A stretch of 64,000 bases of DNA from Candidatus Omnitrophota bacterium. Lineage in GTDB: Bacteria > Omnitrophota > Gorgyraeia > JAFGHF01. The notes beneath the pieces are model-generated. The model had not been told where the DNA came from. It worked only from the letters and a program-made list of their open reading frames with translations, and searched no databases. The DNA lies in NCBI GenBank assembly GCA_020341815.1, contig CP070837.1, positions 628,211-692,210 of the forward strand, in the 5' to 3' direction. Of the stretch, positions 26,290 through 36,635 are shown piece by piece (the stretch's first letter is position 1; every line of letters begins with the position of its first letter). The translations under genes were made by a program, and so were the position numbers.

Positions 26290-26521
26290 CCTTATGGCTA
26301 AATATCCTTCCGGCCTTGATGTCTTCTTCGGCGCGAACTAAGGCTTGCATAAGCTTACGGTCAGCCATTATCTCCAGGGTCTCCAGCTCTTCCGGTGAAA
26401 TCAAAACCACCTTAGCTTTGCCATTTTTAGTAATTACACAGTGCTTCCCTATGTGAGACACCTTTTCGGCTAATTCGGGTAAATGTGAACGCGCTTCGGA
26501 AATAGGAACTATATAATCCAT
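26270..26521 (-). CDS. phd: type II antitoxin, Phd/YefM family
   Basis: MDYIVPISEARSHLPELAEKV...KAKVVLISPEELETLEI. ATG at 26521 follows AGGAGGTG; the track's longer form would overlap the promoter. Confidence 0.8.
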   Translation of the reverse strand: MDYIVPISEARSHLPELAEKVSHIGKHCVITKNGKAKVVLISPEELETLEIMADRKLMQALVRAEEDIKAGRIFSHKDVFGDA

Positions 26522-26539
26522 TTTACACCTCCTGCTTAA

Positions 26540-26568
26540 AGTGTACAATATTTTGTACAATTTGTCAA
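26540..26568 (-). promoter_or_regulatory. phd-relE promoter (TTGACA-17-TACACT) with an embedded TGTACA-N6-TGTACA operator palindrome
   Basis: Minus strand reads CTTGACAaatTGTACAaaatatTGTACActttaagcAGGAGGTGtaaaATG. Confidence 0.6.
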
Positions 26569-26585
26569 GGGTAAGTTTATAATTT

Positions 26586-27107
26586 TTAATGCTTCCAGAA
26601 TAAATGTGTTACTATTCTTTCCTCCTTCTTTAATTGCCTGGTTCCATAAATAGTGTAATTTATCTCACGATTAAAGTCCTTTTTTAGCTTGCTTATTTTT
26701 GGTCTCAATTCATTTTCATCTATATTGCTGCCTATTAAAAACAGGTCTATATCACTGTCTTCCCGCTCTCTGCCAAATGAGCCATAGACAAAAACTAACC
26801 GAATGCCCTTTACGCCATTGAGCTCACTCTCAACCCTGTCTCTGACGCCCTCTGTCTTAAAGACTATCTGCCTCAGCTCCTTAAAAAGGGGATTCTTTTG
26901 ATTGATGTAAAAGAACCTTGCGTTAGCCGTCTTCTCTGAAGCCAATATCCCGCTTTTTTCAAATTTGATTAACTCTCTATGGATGGTTCCTACGGAGGCT
27001 TTAAGGATTGCCGCAAGCTGGTGGATATAGTACCTTTCATCCGGATTTAAGAGGAATTTCTTGAGGATATTTCGCTTTACCTTCGAGGATATCAGAGCTT
27101 CTAACAT
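26586..27107 (-). CDS. winged-helix HTH fused to a nucleotidyltransferase (MntA-like) domain
   Basis: N-terminal HTH (IHQLAAILKASVGTIHRELIKFEKSGIL). GSFGREREDSDIDL nucleotidyltransferase signature. Confidence 0.6.
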   Translation of the reverse strand: MLEALISSKVKRNILKKFLLNPDERYYIHQLAAILKASVGTIHRELIKFEKSGILASEKTANARFFYINQKNPLFKELRQIVFKTEGVRDRVESELNGVKGIRLVFVYGSFGREREDSDIDLFLIGSNIDENELRPKISKLKKDFNREINYTIYGTRQLKKEERIVTHLFWKH

Positions 27108-27171
27108 AATGGTTTTCTCCTTTTGAGAACGATTGTATCATATTTGAGAACAAGGTCAAGCTTTTTTATAG

Positions 27172-27208
27172 AAAACAAAAAAGCCCTGTATCATACGGTA
27201 CAGGGCTT
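27172..27208 (-). terminator. intrinsic terminator (AAGCCCTGTA..TACAGGGCTT followed by TTTTTGTTTT)
   Basis: 10-bp stem then U-run on the minus strand. A second long imperfect hairpin at 27231-27300 follows. Confidence 0.5.
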
Positions 27209-27288
27209 AAGGCTATTGTTTATACAAAATAAAAGGCGCAGGGTCGAGCTTACAAGGAGGGGGATCTCTAGGGATGCAAACTCGACCT

Positions 27289-27663
27289 TTATTGCGCCTT
27301 TTTAAGGTTATCGCCTTTGCGGTCTATTTTAAATATCTGGGTAAAATCAATGTTATATATGTCCTGGTCGCGCAAGACATATATAGTTCCCACTATCTTG
27401 ACTTCAAACTTCTCTTCCCCGATTTTACTGTCATAACTCTTTAATACGGTAAGGTCTTTCAGGCGAGGCCCTTTATTGACATATTTTTTAATCCAGGCCT
27501 CTAATCTTGCCGGATTATCTAAAAAGGCATGGTCACGGACAAAATAGATAAAATGCTTCTCGGTTCTTGTGGTAATGCCCTTCTGAACAACGCATTCTGA
27601 CAAAAAGATATCTCTGCGGTGATGGTCTAAGGAGGTCAAATTTTTGAACAGGATGTCCCTCAT
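27289..27663 (-). CDS. hypothetical protein (124 aa), no recognisable domain
   Basis: ORF with AGAGGGGGAAG RBS. Confidence 0.4.
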   Translation of the reverse strand: MRDILFKNLTSLDHHRRDIFLSECVVQKGITTRTEKHFIYFVRDHAFLDNPARLEAWIKKYVNKGPRLKDLTVLKSYDSKIGEEKFEVKIVGTIYVLRDQDIYNIDFTQIFKIDRKGDNLKKAQ

Positions 27664-27730
27664 CTTCCCCCTCTTTTCTATCTATTTTGACAGCTTACAA
27701 AAAGCTTTTTAAAACTATTTACTTACCTCC

Positions 27731-27809
27731 AAAAAAATAAGCCCCCTCAGCAGGCGGCATATTAAGTATACCATAAGGTCAAGGCTTTGTCAATCCTGCT
27801 CAGAGGGGC
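27731..27809 (-). terminator. strong intrinsic terminator at the end of the long housekeeping array (after plsY)
   Basis: GCCCCCTCAGCAGG ... CCTGCTCAGAGGGGC, about 15-bp stem, followed by TTATTTTTTT on the minus strand. Confidence 0.55.
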
Positions 27810-27811
27810 TT

Positions 27812-28435
27812 TTAGGACTTGAAGATCTTCTTCTCTTCTTTACGTAACAGCCTACCAATATTGGACTTATGACGATAGACCACAAATAGACAAAGGGCAA
27901 CTGAAAAGATAATCAGCTTAAGCGGCTGGTTAAAGCCCAGCATAAAAAGGGGCAAGGCCACGGAGGCCCCGATTGACGCCAGGGAGACAAAACCGGTGGC
28001 CAGGAGTATTAATATCCACACCCCCAGGCAAAGTCCGGCAATCAGGCCTAACTGCGGTATCTTAAAGCTTAACCCCAAAAGGGCGCCGGCTGAGGTGGCT
28101 ACCCCTTTACCCCCCTTAAATTTCAAGAAAAGCGTCCAATTGTGCCCGCAGACTGCGGCAACCCCCAATAGTAAGCGGACAAGAACCTCATCCAGCCCAG
28201 GGGAGCTCTGCATCAGGAAATCACCTAACACAGTCACCGGCAGAGTGCCCTTAAGCGCATCCAGCACCAATACCACTATCCCCGCCCAGGGGCTTACTAC
28301 CCGGAACACATTGGTAGCCCCGAAATTCCCACTGCCGTGCTTACGAATATCGATACCCTTTAAGGCCCGGCTCAAGATATACCCTACGGGAATTGACCCT
28401 AATAAATAGGAAAGAATGAGTGCTAAAATTAACAT
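27812..28435 (-). CDS. plsY: glycerol-3-phosphate acyltransferase PlsY
   Basis: SYLLGSIPVGYILSRALKGIDIRKHGSGNFGATNVFRV. Confidence 0.9.
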   Translation of the reverse strand: MLILALILSYLLGSIPVGYILSRALKGIDIRKHGSGNFGATNVFRVVSPWAGIVVLVLDALKGTLPVTVLGDFLMQSSPGLDEVLVRLLLGVAAVCGHNWTLFLKFKGGKGVATSAGALLGLSFKIPQLGLIAGLCLGVWILILLATGFVSLASIGASVALPLFMLGFNQPLKLIIFSVALCLFVVYRHKSNIGRLLRKEEKKIFKS

Positions 28436-28450
28436 TTTTCCACCTCTTGT

Positions 28451-29017
28451 TTAGCTATTTGCGGGGTGAGCCTCATTAAGCAGCCTGCTGCCCATCCTGA
28501 TATAATCCAGGCCTGACAATACCGTAAAAGCAATCATTATATACAGGATAGGAGAAAAAAACTTCAATTGCAGCAATAGCACCAAGACTGTGGCCATCTG
28601 CAGGGAAGTGGTAATTTTGCCAAGTCTAGTGGGAGTGATATTCAGCTTTCCGGAAGCCACAAAGATAATTGCCGAACCCAGCACAATAATGACATCGCGG
28701 CTGATTACGATGATGACCACCCAGGGAGCAAGCTTAAATTGTTCAGGCAAAGTCTTGACTATGGAAAGGCAAACAAAGACTGTTATTAAAAGGAGTTTAT
28801 CTGCCAAGGGGTCAAGGAAGGTGCCCAGTCTTGTGCGCTGGCCCTTGACCCTGGCAATATAGCCATCCAGGGCATCGGTAGCTATGGCCACCAGGAATAT
28901 GCCCACAGCCACCAGGCGCAGGAAATCCTTTTGCGGGGTATAATACATTATGGTAGCCACAAACAGCGGAATAAGCAGAATTCTAAGAATAGAAAGCTTA
29001 TTGGCCAAGTTTAACAT
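28451..29017 (-). CDS. CDP-alcohol phosphatidyltransferase (PgsA-like)
   Basis: DALDGYIARVKGQRTRLGTFLDPLADKLL. Confidence 0.8.
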   Translation of the reverse strand: MLNLANKLSILRILLIPLFVATIMYYTPQKDFLRLVAVGIFLVAIATDALDGYIARVKGQRTRLGTFLDPLADKLLLITVFVCLSIVKTLPEQFKLAPWVVIIVISRDVIIVLGSAIIFVASGKLNITPTRLGKITTSLQMATVLVLLLQLKFFSPILYIMIAFTVLSGLDYIRMGSRLLNEAHPANS

Positions 29018-29559
29018 TAGTCAATCCTTCCGATTCTTGCCGGAGGCCACCAGATTACAAAAGCCTCACCCAGCAGAAATTTTTTTGGAACAAAACCCCA
29101 ATATCGTGAATCCCGGGAGCTGGAACTATTGTCCCCCAGGACGAAATAAGAGTTGGCGGGCACGGTAATCGATTTATCTTCCACCCCATAAGGCCCGCGA
29201 TTATGATAATAGATCTTTTGAAAAATCTCCGGGCTATCAATCCGGCGGCCATCGATCTTGAGTTTGCCATCGGTTATCTCTACCCTCTCCCCCCCAAAGG
29301 CAACCAGGCGCTTAATAAAATCCCTTTTGGGATCCTCAGGGTAGCGAAAGACAACCACATCTCCGCGCCTGGGCGGATGAAAACGATAAATAAAGCGATT
29401 GACGAAGATTTTGTCCCCCGGCATAAGCGTAGGCTCCATAGAACCTGTAGGGATTTTAAAAGGGGTAACGATAAAACTGCGGATAATTAGAGCTAAAGCC
29501 GCAGCAATCAATAAAGATTCGGCATACTCACGGATTAATTTTTTTGCTTTTCGCTTCAC
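29017..29559 (-). CDS. lepB: signal peptidase I
   Basis: GSMEPTLMPGD, RGDVVVF, GDNSSSSRDSRYWGFV boxes. Confidence 0.9.
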   Translation of the reverse strand: MKRKAKKLIREYAESLLIAAALALIIRSFIVTPFKIPTGSMEPTLMPGDKIFVNRFIYRFHPPRRGDVVVFRYPEDPKRDFIKRLVAFGGERVEITDGKLKIDGRRIDSPEIFQKIYYHNRGPYGVEDKSITVPANSYFVLGDNSSSSRDSRYWGFVPKKFLLGEAFVIWWPPARIGRID

Positions 29560-29569
29560 TTGCCCTCCT

Positions 29570-30031
29570 TTATTTATTCAACCAGAGCCTCTCTAACTCC
29601 TGGTTGATTTTTACTGCCTCTGCCCCACCCAGCTTAAAAGCATCTTTCTTTGCGCAGGATGAGGAAAGCTTCTTTAAAAACTCTTTCACGGAAATCTTCT
29701 TCGCCTTATGCCTTCCCGCATAGGACCTGACGCGGCGGTCATCGCTGACTACTGCGATATCCCGGGCAAAACTTGAAGACTCTATCATCTGGCCTATCTT
29801 GGCATCGGCGTCCGTGCCCCTCGCAAAGATAACCTTAACATTTGAATGTGCCGGGTAAGGCAAAATATCACGCCTGCCGTCAAAAACCACGGTTAAATCC
29901 TTAAGACGCTCTTCTTTCTCCTGGGCGCGCTCTAGGAACGCGATTAGGCCTTCCCGCTGAGTGCGCAAGGCCTTCCCTCGCAACTGGCTCATCTTATGGA
30001 TCATATTATATCCGTCAATTATGTATTTCAT
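29570..30031 (-). CDS. NYN/YacP-like PIN-related RNA-binding domain protein
   Basis: [12 protein letters not shown] ... VVSDD pattern. Confidence 0.55.
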   Translation of the reverse strand: MKYIIDGYNMIHKMSQLRGKALRTQREGLIAFLERAQEKEERLKDLTVVFDGRRDILPYPAHSNVKVIFARGTDADAKIGQMIESSSFARDIAVVSDDRRVRSYAGRHKAKKISVKEFLKKLSSSCAKKDAFKLGGAEAVKINQELERLWLNK

Positions 30032-31827
30032 TATATTTTCAAAGCGGCCATGAAGGCTTCTTGAGGAATCTGTATATTGCCGAACTGCTTCATTCGCTTC
30101 TTGCCTGCTTTTTGCTTCTCCCAGAGCTTGCGTTTACGGGTTATATCCCCTCCATAGCACTTGCCGGTAACATGCTTCTTCAGGGGGCGCACGCTCTCCC
30201 GGGCAATTATCTGCGTGCCGATAGCCGCCTGAATAATTACCTCAAACAACTGGCGGGGGATGAGCTCTTTCATCTTCTCTACCAGCTTCCTGCCCTTTGC
30301 CTGGGCCTTATCTTTATGCACGATGGAAGAAAGCGCATCGCAAACCTTGCCGTTAATCAGGATGTCCAGTTTAACCAATTTGCTGGGCTGAAAGCCCTTA
30401 AGCTCATAGTCCAATGAACCGTACCCGCGAGTAAGAGATTTAATCCGGTCATAAAAATCGACTATCACCTCCGCCAGGGGCAGCTCATAAACCAATTTTA
30501 CCGTATCCTGGCTTAAGTATTCGGTGCTTAAATATTTTCCCCGCCGGCTTTGGGCCAGCTCCATAATCTCTCCCATATTTTGCGCCGGCAGCATTATAAA
30601 GGCGCGGATAAAGGGCTCCTGAAAACCGATGACGTCCTGCAGGTTTTTAGGAAACTTCGCGGGGCTGTCCAATTCTAAAATCTCACCCTGCTTAGTTTCG
30701 GCTCTATAGACTACATTGGGGACGGTCAGAATCAGGTTAAGGTCGTATTCTCTTTCCAGGCGCTCCTGAACTATCTCCATATGCAAAAGCCCCAGAAACC
30801 CGCAGCGAAAACCATATCCTGCTTGTGATGAGGTCTCCGGCTCATAAACAAATGAGGCATCGTTAAGGCGTAATTTCTCCACTGCCTGGCGAAGCTGGGA
30901 AAAGTCTTTGTTGTTGACCGGATAGATGCCGCAGAAGACCATCGGCTGAAACTCCCTGTAACCGGGCAGGGCCTCTTTGGCCGGATTGGCGGCATCCGTA
31001 ATTGTATCTCCTATCAGGATATTCTTCACCTCTTTAATATTGCAGGTAAGATAACCCACTTCACCGCAATCTAATTTTTCTACCTTGGTTGCCTTAGGGA
31101 TAAGCACGCCTGTCTCCTCAACTTCATACACCCTACCGCTGGACATCATCTTAATCTTCATATCGGGCTTGAGGCAACCGTTGACCACGCGCACATAAGA
31201 GATAGCGCCTTTATAGACATCAAAAGTGGAGTCAAATATCAAGGCCTGCAGGGGGCTTTCGGTTTCTCCTTGAGGGGAAGGGATTTTCTGAATGATGCTC
31301 TCCAAGATCTCTTTTGTGCCTATCCCCTCTTTGGCACTGGCCAGAATTATATCTTCGGGGTCAAGTTTTAAAATTTCCAAAATCTGATTCTTAACCCTCT
31401 CGGGATTGGCGCCGACCATATCTATCTTGTTAATTACGGGGATAATCTTCAGGTTATGCTCCATGGCCATATAAAGGTTGGCTACCGTCTGCGCCTCAAC
31501 GCCTTGAGAGGCATCAACTACCAAAAGCGCACCTTCACAGGCCGCTAAGGACTTGGAAACCTCATAGGTAAAATCCACATGCCCCGGGGTATCGATCAGG
31601 TTAAGGATATAGGTGAGGCCGTCATCTGCCTTATAGGAAAGCCTTACTGCGGAGGCCTTGATGGTAATACCGCGCTCTCTTTCCAGCTCCATGGAATCAA
31701 GCATCTGGTCGTGAAACTCCCTCGTGTTTACCGTGCCGGTATACTGCAGGAGCCTATCGGCCAGGGTGGACTTGCCGTGGTCGATGTGGGCGATTATAGA
31801 AAAGTTGCGGATGAGCTGTTTATTCAC
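30031..31827 (-). CDS. lepA: elongation factor 4 (LepA)
   Basis: [22 protein letters not shown]. Probable GTG start at 31827 preceded by AAGGAGG, giving [14 protein letters not shown]; the track's longer ATG form overlaps the upstream gene. Confidence 0.9.
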   Translation of the reverse strand: MNKQLIRNFSIIAHIDHGKSTLADRLLQYTGTVNTREFHDQMLDSMELERERGITIKASAVRLSYKADDGLTYILNLIDTPGHVDFTYEVSKSLAACEGALLVVDASQGVEAQTVANLYMAMEHNLKIIPVINKIDMVGANPERVKNQILEILKLDPEDIILASAKEGIGTKEILESIIQKIPSPQGETESPLQALIFDSTFDVYKGAISYVRVVNGCLKPDMKIKMMSSGRVYEVEETGVLIPKATKVEKLDCGEVGYLTCNIKEVKNILIGDTITDAANPAKEALPGYREFQPMVFCGIYPVNNKDFSQLRQAVEKLRLNDASFVYEPETSSQAGYGFRCGFLGLLHMEIVQERLEREYDLNLILTVPNVVYRAETKQGEILELDSPAKFPKNLQDVIGFQEPFIRAFIMLPAQNMGEIMELAQSRRGKYLSTEYLSQDTVKLVYELPLAEVIVDFYDRIKSLTRGYGSLDYELKGFQPSKLVKLDILINGKVCDALSSIVHKDKAQAKGRKLVEKMKELIPRQLFEVIIQAAIGTQIIARESVRPLKKHVTGKCYGGDITRKRKLWEKQKAGKKRMKQFGNIQIPQEAFMAALKI

Positions 31828-33232
31828 TGACTGCCTTTCCTCCTTGAGCAATAAGCCTCTTTGTTTGAGCGAGAGCGCTTGATTCGGCATAGATGCGCAA
31901 AAGCGGCTCCGTCCCCGAAAGGCGAAAGAGAATCCAGCTTCCATCTTCAAGATGAAACTTTAATCCGTCATAGTCCTTAATCATAGTGATCTTCTTATTT
32001 AAAAAAGTCTTCTTTTTGCGCAGCTTATCAAGCTTTGTCTTTATTTTATTCTTGCCGGAGAGGGAACATTTTATATCCTTCCTTAAATAGAAATAACTGC
32101 CGAACTCATCTTCTGTATCTTCCAGCAGGCTTTTAAGTGATTTCTTCTGGGACAGCATCATCTCCAGAAGCAGGAGGCCCCCTAAGATACCGTCTCTTTC
32201 GGGAAGATAATCCTTAAACCCTATACCGCCGGCCTCCTCTCCCCCGATTAAGATATTTTTCCTCTGCATAAGGGCGGATATATGCTTAAAGCCGACGGGC
32301 GTCTCATAAACCTTCAATTTATATTTAGCGGCAATGCGCTCAATGAGAGAGGTGCCGGCTATATTTTTTACCACTGCCCCTTTCAATTTACGATATCGAA
32401 TCAGGTGCAGAAGCAAAAGAGAAAGAATCTGCTGGGGGTTAACAAACCTTCCTTCATTATCTAAAGCGGCAAGGCGGTCGGCATCACCATCGGTGGCAAG
32501 CCCCACATCAAAGGAACCCTCGCGCATCAATAATGAAGCCTCCTTAAGGCAGGAGAAAATAGGCTCGGGCTTAATTCCGCCAAATGAGGGGTCAGGCCTC
32601 TTATGAATAGTGGTTATGCGAAACTTTGAGCCTTTCAAAACTGCGGCAATATAGGAATCGGCTGTTCCGTACATAGAATCGACAAGAACCTTAAGGCGCC
32701 CCTTTTTAAGCAAAGGCATATCAAGATAGGATTTTACAAACTTAAGATATGCGGGGATTAAATTCTTTACTTTAAGAAGATTCCTTTTTCGGGCCTGAGA
32801 AAGGGAGATTTTAAGGGGTCTATTTTTAAAAATAAGCCTTTCTATCTTATCGGTAACATCCTTCTCTACCGGACCGCCAAAGGCACCCTTAATCTTGATG
32901 CCGTTAAAGGAAGCAGGATTATGACTGGCGGTAACCATAATTCCTGCGGCGCAGTTAAGGTTCCTTACCGTATAACTTATGGCCTGCGTCGGAAGAGGGC
33001 CCGAGGAAAGAATTGTTTTTATTCCGTTAGCGGCCAAAATCCGGCTGATGAGCTCGGCTGTCTCTTTAGAAAGCCTGCGTGTATCATAACCTACCGCTAC
33101 CGATTTTTTCTTGGCATCTCGCTTCAGGTAATCGGCTATGGCATGAGCAACTACTTGCACATTTTCTAAATTAAAGTCTTGCCCGATTATGCCGCGCCAG
33201 CCATCGGTACCGAATTTTATTTCTTTTGACAT
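31820..33232 (-). CDS. phosphoglucomutase/phosphomannomutase family protein
   Basis: GTDGWRG and TASHNP motifs. Confidence 0.8.
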   Translation of the reverse strand: MSKEIKFGTDGWRGIIGQDFNLENVQVVAHAIADYLKRDAKKKSVAVGYDTRRLSKETAELISRILAANGIKTILSSGPLPTQAISYTVRNLNCAAGIMVTASHNPASFNGIKIKGAFGGPVEKDVTDKIERLIFKNRPLKISLSQARKRNLLKVKNLIPAYLKFVKSYLDMPLLKKGRLKVLVDSMYGTADSYIAAVLKGSKFRITTIHKRPDPSFGGIKPEPIFSCLKEASLLMREGSFDVGLATDGDADRLAALDNEGRFVNPQQILSLLLLHLIRYRKLKGAVVKNIAGTSLIERIAAKYKLKVYETPVGFKHISALMQRKNILIGGEEAGGIGFKDYLPERDGILGGLLLLEMMLSQKKSLKSLLEDTEDEFGSYFYLRKDIKCSLSGKNKIKTKLDKLRKKKTFLNKKITMIKDYDGLKFHLEDGSWILFRLSGTEPLLRIYAESSALAQTKRLIAQGGKAVSE

Positions 33233-33870
33233 CTCCTCAAACCTTCGATCGCCCTGCGTGGATTTTTTGCCTTAAAGATGTGGCTGCCTGAGGCCAGAAT
33301 ATTCGCGCCGCAAGAAATCACATAACCCGCCGTCTCTTGATTTATCCCCCCGTCAACGGCAATATCGCCTTTGAAGATTTTACGCAAGGACTTTATCTTG
33401 GGAACAACGCTAAGCATAAACTTCTGGCCGCAAAATCCCGGCTCAACCGTCATCACCAGGACCATATCCACATCTTTGAGCACCTTTTTTATTGCCGAAA
33501 GAGGCGTTGAGGGGTTTAAGGATACGCCTGCTTTCTTACCCAATGACTTTATCCGGGAAATCACTCTTCCTGCATTACCTTTGCAGGATTCAATATGCAC
33601 AGTGATATAATCGGCTCCGGCCTGAGCGAAGGCCTCAAGATGTTCTTTAGGATTACTGATCATCAGATGCACATCCAGGGGAAGCTGCGTAATTTTATCC
33701 AGGGCCGAGACTACATCCGGGCCGATAGTAATGTTAGGGACAAAATGGCCGTCCATAATATCGATATGCAAAAGATCGGCTCCTGCCTTTTCTATTCTCC
33801 TTACCTCGCTACCCAAACGGGCCTGGTCGGCGGCAATTACGCTGGGTGAGACCTTAATCTTTCTCTTCAT
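33217..33870 (-). CDS. rpe: ribulose-phosphate 3-epimerase
   Basis: PSVIAAD...HIDIMDGHFVPN. Confidence 0.9.
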   Translation of the reverse strand: MKRKIKVSPSVIAADQARLGSEVRRIEKAGADLLHIDIMDGHFVPNITIGPDVVSALDKITQLPLDVHLMISNPKEHLEAFAQAGADYITVHIESCKGNAGRVISRIKSLGKKAGVSLNPSTPLSAIKKVLKDVDMVLVMTVEPGFCGQKFMLSVVPKIKSLRKIFKGDIAVDGGINQETAGYVISCGANILASGSHIFKAKNPRRAIEGLRRCQKK

Positions 33871-33882
33871 TACATTGGGCTC

Positions 33883-34944
33883 CTATCTTTTGCTTGTTGA
33901 CATTAAAAGATATACGCGGCTGATATCTTCTAAACTAACAATACCGACAACCTCTTCTCGTCTCATTACAGGGATAGCTTTAAGCTGCCACTCCTCCATT
34001 AATCTATGCGCTTTAATCAACGGGTCTTTCACCTGAACAACGGGAAAATCTGTGCGCATTACATCCTTCACCAGTTTCTGCACCCCGAACTGATGAATAG
34101 TTAAAATGATATCTGAACGGGTAAGCAGGCCCTTAATTTTACCGTTTTCCACAACGGGAAAGTCCTCCTGGTGGCTGTGCATAGTAAGGGCGAGCACCTC
34201 CGAAAGCGGCGTGGATGGGCTGACGCTAACGAATTGCTCAGGCAAAACATCCTTTACCGAAAACCTTCTTAAGGTCAGGCGCAAATCCACCTGCATACCT
34301 TCCTGGGAGGCGGCAATAAAGATAAAAAAAGCAATGATAATCAAAATTATATTGGGGGGGCTCGAGATAAGCCCCACAAAGCCAAACAAAACCGCAAAGG
34401 TATGCCCGAAACCCACAGCAATGCGCGTTGCCTTTCCGTATTCCATCCTGTCGGCCAGAAACGACCTGAGGATCCTTCCCCCGTCCATAGGAAAGGCCGG
34501 AAGCAGATTGAATACGGCCAGAATTGGATTAATCCAAAAGGCATAGGCAAAGGTCTTGGGCCAGGTTTCTATTCCCGGATGAAAAAGATTTTCCGGGCCT
34601 AAAAGAAAATATGCGGGAAGAAAAAGCACCAGGGCAAAAGTAACATTGAATAAGGGCCCGGCAATGGATATCTTAAACTCTTCCTTAGGCTTCTCAGGGA
34701 TAGACTTCATTGCTGCCACGCCGCCAATGGGAAGCAGGACTATCTGTTCTACTTTTACCCCAAAATGCTTGGCTTGTAAGCTGTGGCATAATTCATGAAA
34801 GGTCACGCAGCAAAATACAAAAAGGATCAGAAACACCCCCCGCAGGCCGTAGAAATGCCCGAAGATAATAGGAAGCAGAAGAAATGTAAAATGAATCTTT
34901 ATAGATATACCAAAAACATTGAATAACTTAATTGAGCCTCTCAA
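33883..34944 (-). CDS. site-2 protease family (M50) zinc metalloprotease with CBS pair
   Basis: HELCH zinc motif in a TM helix; C-terminal CBS domains. Confidence 0.8.
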   Translation of the reverse strand: MRGSIKLFNVFGISIKIHFTFLLLPIIFGHFYGLRGVFLILFVFCCVTFHELCHSLQAKHFGVKVEQIVLLPIGGVAAMKSIPEKPKEEFKISIAGPLFNVTFALVLFLPAYFLLGPENLFHPGIETWPKTFAYAFWINPILAVFNLLPAFPMDGGRILRSFLADRMEYGKATRIAVGFGHTFAVLFGFVGLISSPPNIILIIIAFFIFIAASQEGMQVDLRLTLRRFSVKDVLPEQFVSVSPSTPLSEVLALTMHSHQEDFPVVENGKIKGLLTRSDIILTIHQFGVQKLVKDVMRTDFPVVQVKDPLIKAHRLMEEWQLKAIPVMRREEVVGIVSLEDISRVYLLMSTSKR

Positions 34945-34945
34945 T

Positions 34946-36217
34946 TTAACAAACCAACCTTTCTTTTATGGTGCGTATTTTATTTTTGTCTTTTAAAGGG
35001 CCGACCAAAGCCAGATGCAAGCTGCGGTTGTCCAAAATCTTATTTGCCAGGCGCTTCAAGTCACTCGCTTCCACCTCCTTTACCTTTCGGATTACTTCTT
35101 TTGGAGAGAGAAACTTATTCAGGGAAACAAAGTTCTCTCCCAGCCAGAACATATATTCGCAGGTACTCTCAAGCCCCAGCAATAACTGGCCAATGTAATA
35201 TTCCTTGGCCCGCTTTAGCTCTTCCCTTTCAACAGACGTTTTCTTAACCTTGCTTAGCTCCTCTAAAATAACCTCTACAGCCTCACTCAGGCGGCCGTTA
35301 TCGATACCGGCATGCACAACAAATGCCCCGCTATCCTGAAAAAACTTCAAGGATGTGCCGATTTCATAGGCCAGGCCCCGCTCCTCGCGAACTTCCCTGA
35401 ACAGGCGGCTGGACATATTTGCACCTAAGATAACATGTAAAAGCCCCAGGGCAAAACGGGCAGGATCTCTCCTGGCTAAGCCATAGAAGCCTAAGGCCAG
35501 ATGTGTCTGTTTTGTATCCTTAAGCTGGATTCTTGTTTGCGGGCCGGTCTGTTTATGCGAAACCGGAGAAAATCTACCTCTTTTTACTTTAGCCTGCGGG
35601 TAAAAACATCTTTTGCATTCTTCCAAGAGCTGTCTGTGCTTGAGATTACCGCAGGCAACAATAACAATATTGTTAAGCTGATAAAAATTCTCTTTATAGG
35701 TGAGCAACTGCGCCCGGTTTATTTTTCCTACGGTTTTAGTCTCACCGGATATACTTCTGCCCAGGGGCTCATCAGGCCAAAGCATCTCATTCAAAAGATC
35801 AGAAACCGCATGTGAAGGCAAATCATTATACATCCTGATTTCTTCTAAAATGACCTGCCGCTCCGTCTCTATGTCTTCGCTGGCCAAATTGGCATTTAAG
35901 GCCATGTCACCCAGGACATCTAAAGCGCCTGATAAATATTTAGCCGGGACCTTAGCCAGATAACAGGTCAGCTCCTGTGTCGTAAATCCATTAAGAGAGC
36001 CGCCGATACCTTCGATAGCCTGTTTTAATTCCTCGCAGCTGCGCCTCTTTGTTCCTTTAAACACAAGGTGTTCTAAGAAATGCGAGATGCCGTTTATATT
36101 TTTGGCTTCGTATCTGGCGCCTACCTTGACCCATATCCCCAATGAAACAGAGGCGCGCTCAGGCATATAATGCGAGACTACGGTCAATCCACTATCCAAA
36201 GTTGTTTTTTTATGCAT
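34946..36217 (-). CDS. M16 family zinc peptidase (insulinase-like)
   Basis: HFLEHLVFKGT (HxxEH) motif. Confidence 0.8.
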   Translation of the reverse strand: MHKKTTLDSGLTVVSHYMPERASVSLGIWVKVGARYEAKNINGISHFLEHLVFKGTKRRSCEELKQAIEGIGGSLNGFTTQELTCYLAKVPAKYLSGALDVLGDMALNANLASEDIETERQVILEEIRMYNDLPSHAVSDLLNEMLWPDEPLGRSISGETKTVGKINRAQLLTYKENFYQLNNIVIVACGNLKHRQLLEECKRCFYPQAKVKRGRFSPVSHKQTGPQTRIQLKDTKQTHLALGFYGLARRDPARFALGLLHVILGANMSSRLFREVREERGLAYEIGTSLKFFQDSGAFVVHAGIDNGRLSEAVEVILEELSKVKKTSVEREELKRAKEYYIGQLLLGLESTCEYMFWLGENFVSLNKFLSPKEVIRKVKEVEASDLKRLANKILDNRSLHLALVGPLKDKNKIRTIKERLVC

Positions 36218-36635
36218 TATCGGATCTGCTTTCTGCGTCCAGATAACTCTGCAGGATAAGCTGGGCAGAAAGCATATCTATCCTTTTCTTACGTTTCTTT
36301 CTGCTTAAGTCAGCCTCAAGCATCAGCTTCTCTGCCTGCATTGAGGTAAGGCGCTCGTCCCAGACCTTAATCGGCAACTGGGTGCGTTTCTTTAAATCCT
36401 GGACAAAATCGGCTACCTCTTTGGCCTTCTTTCCGGTGGTGCCATCTAAATTTACAGGCATTCCTACGACAATTTCTCCTACCTGACGCTGGCGGGTTAT
36501 ATCCAAAATAGATGCAATACTTTTATCCCTACTTTGCACCTTTATACTGGGCAGGCCCTGCGCTGTCCAGCCCAACTCATCACTTATGGCCAGGCCTATG
36601 TTCTTCTCACCCACATCCAATGCCAGTATTCTCAC
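36210..36635 (-). CDS. ruvX: Holliday-junction resolvase-like YqgF/RuvX
   Basis: MRILALDVGEKNIGLAISD. Confidence 0.85.
   Translation of the reverse strand: MRILALDVGEKNIGLAISDELGWTAQGLPSIKVQSRDKSIASILDITRQRQVGEIVVGMPVNLDGTTGKKAKEVADFVQDLKKRTQLPIKVWDERLTSMQAEKLMLEADLSRKKRKKRIDMLSAQLILQSYLDAESRSDNA

Noticed and set aside
27231-27305. Long imperfect 70-nt hairpin (AAAAGGCGCA..GGGTCGAGC...GCTCGACC..TGCGCCTTTT) as a possible structured RNA
   Set aside because: It sits directly after a stop codon and is followed by a U-run on the minus strand. Most simply a second, tandem terminator rather than a riboswitch or sRNA.
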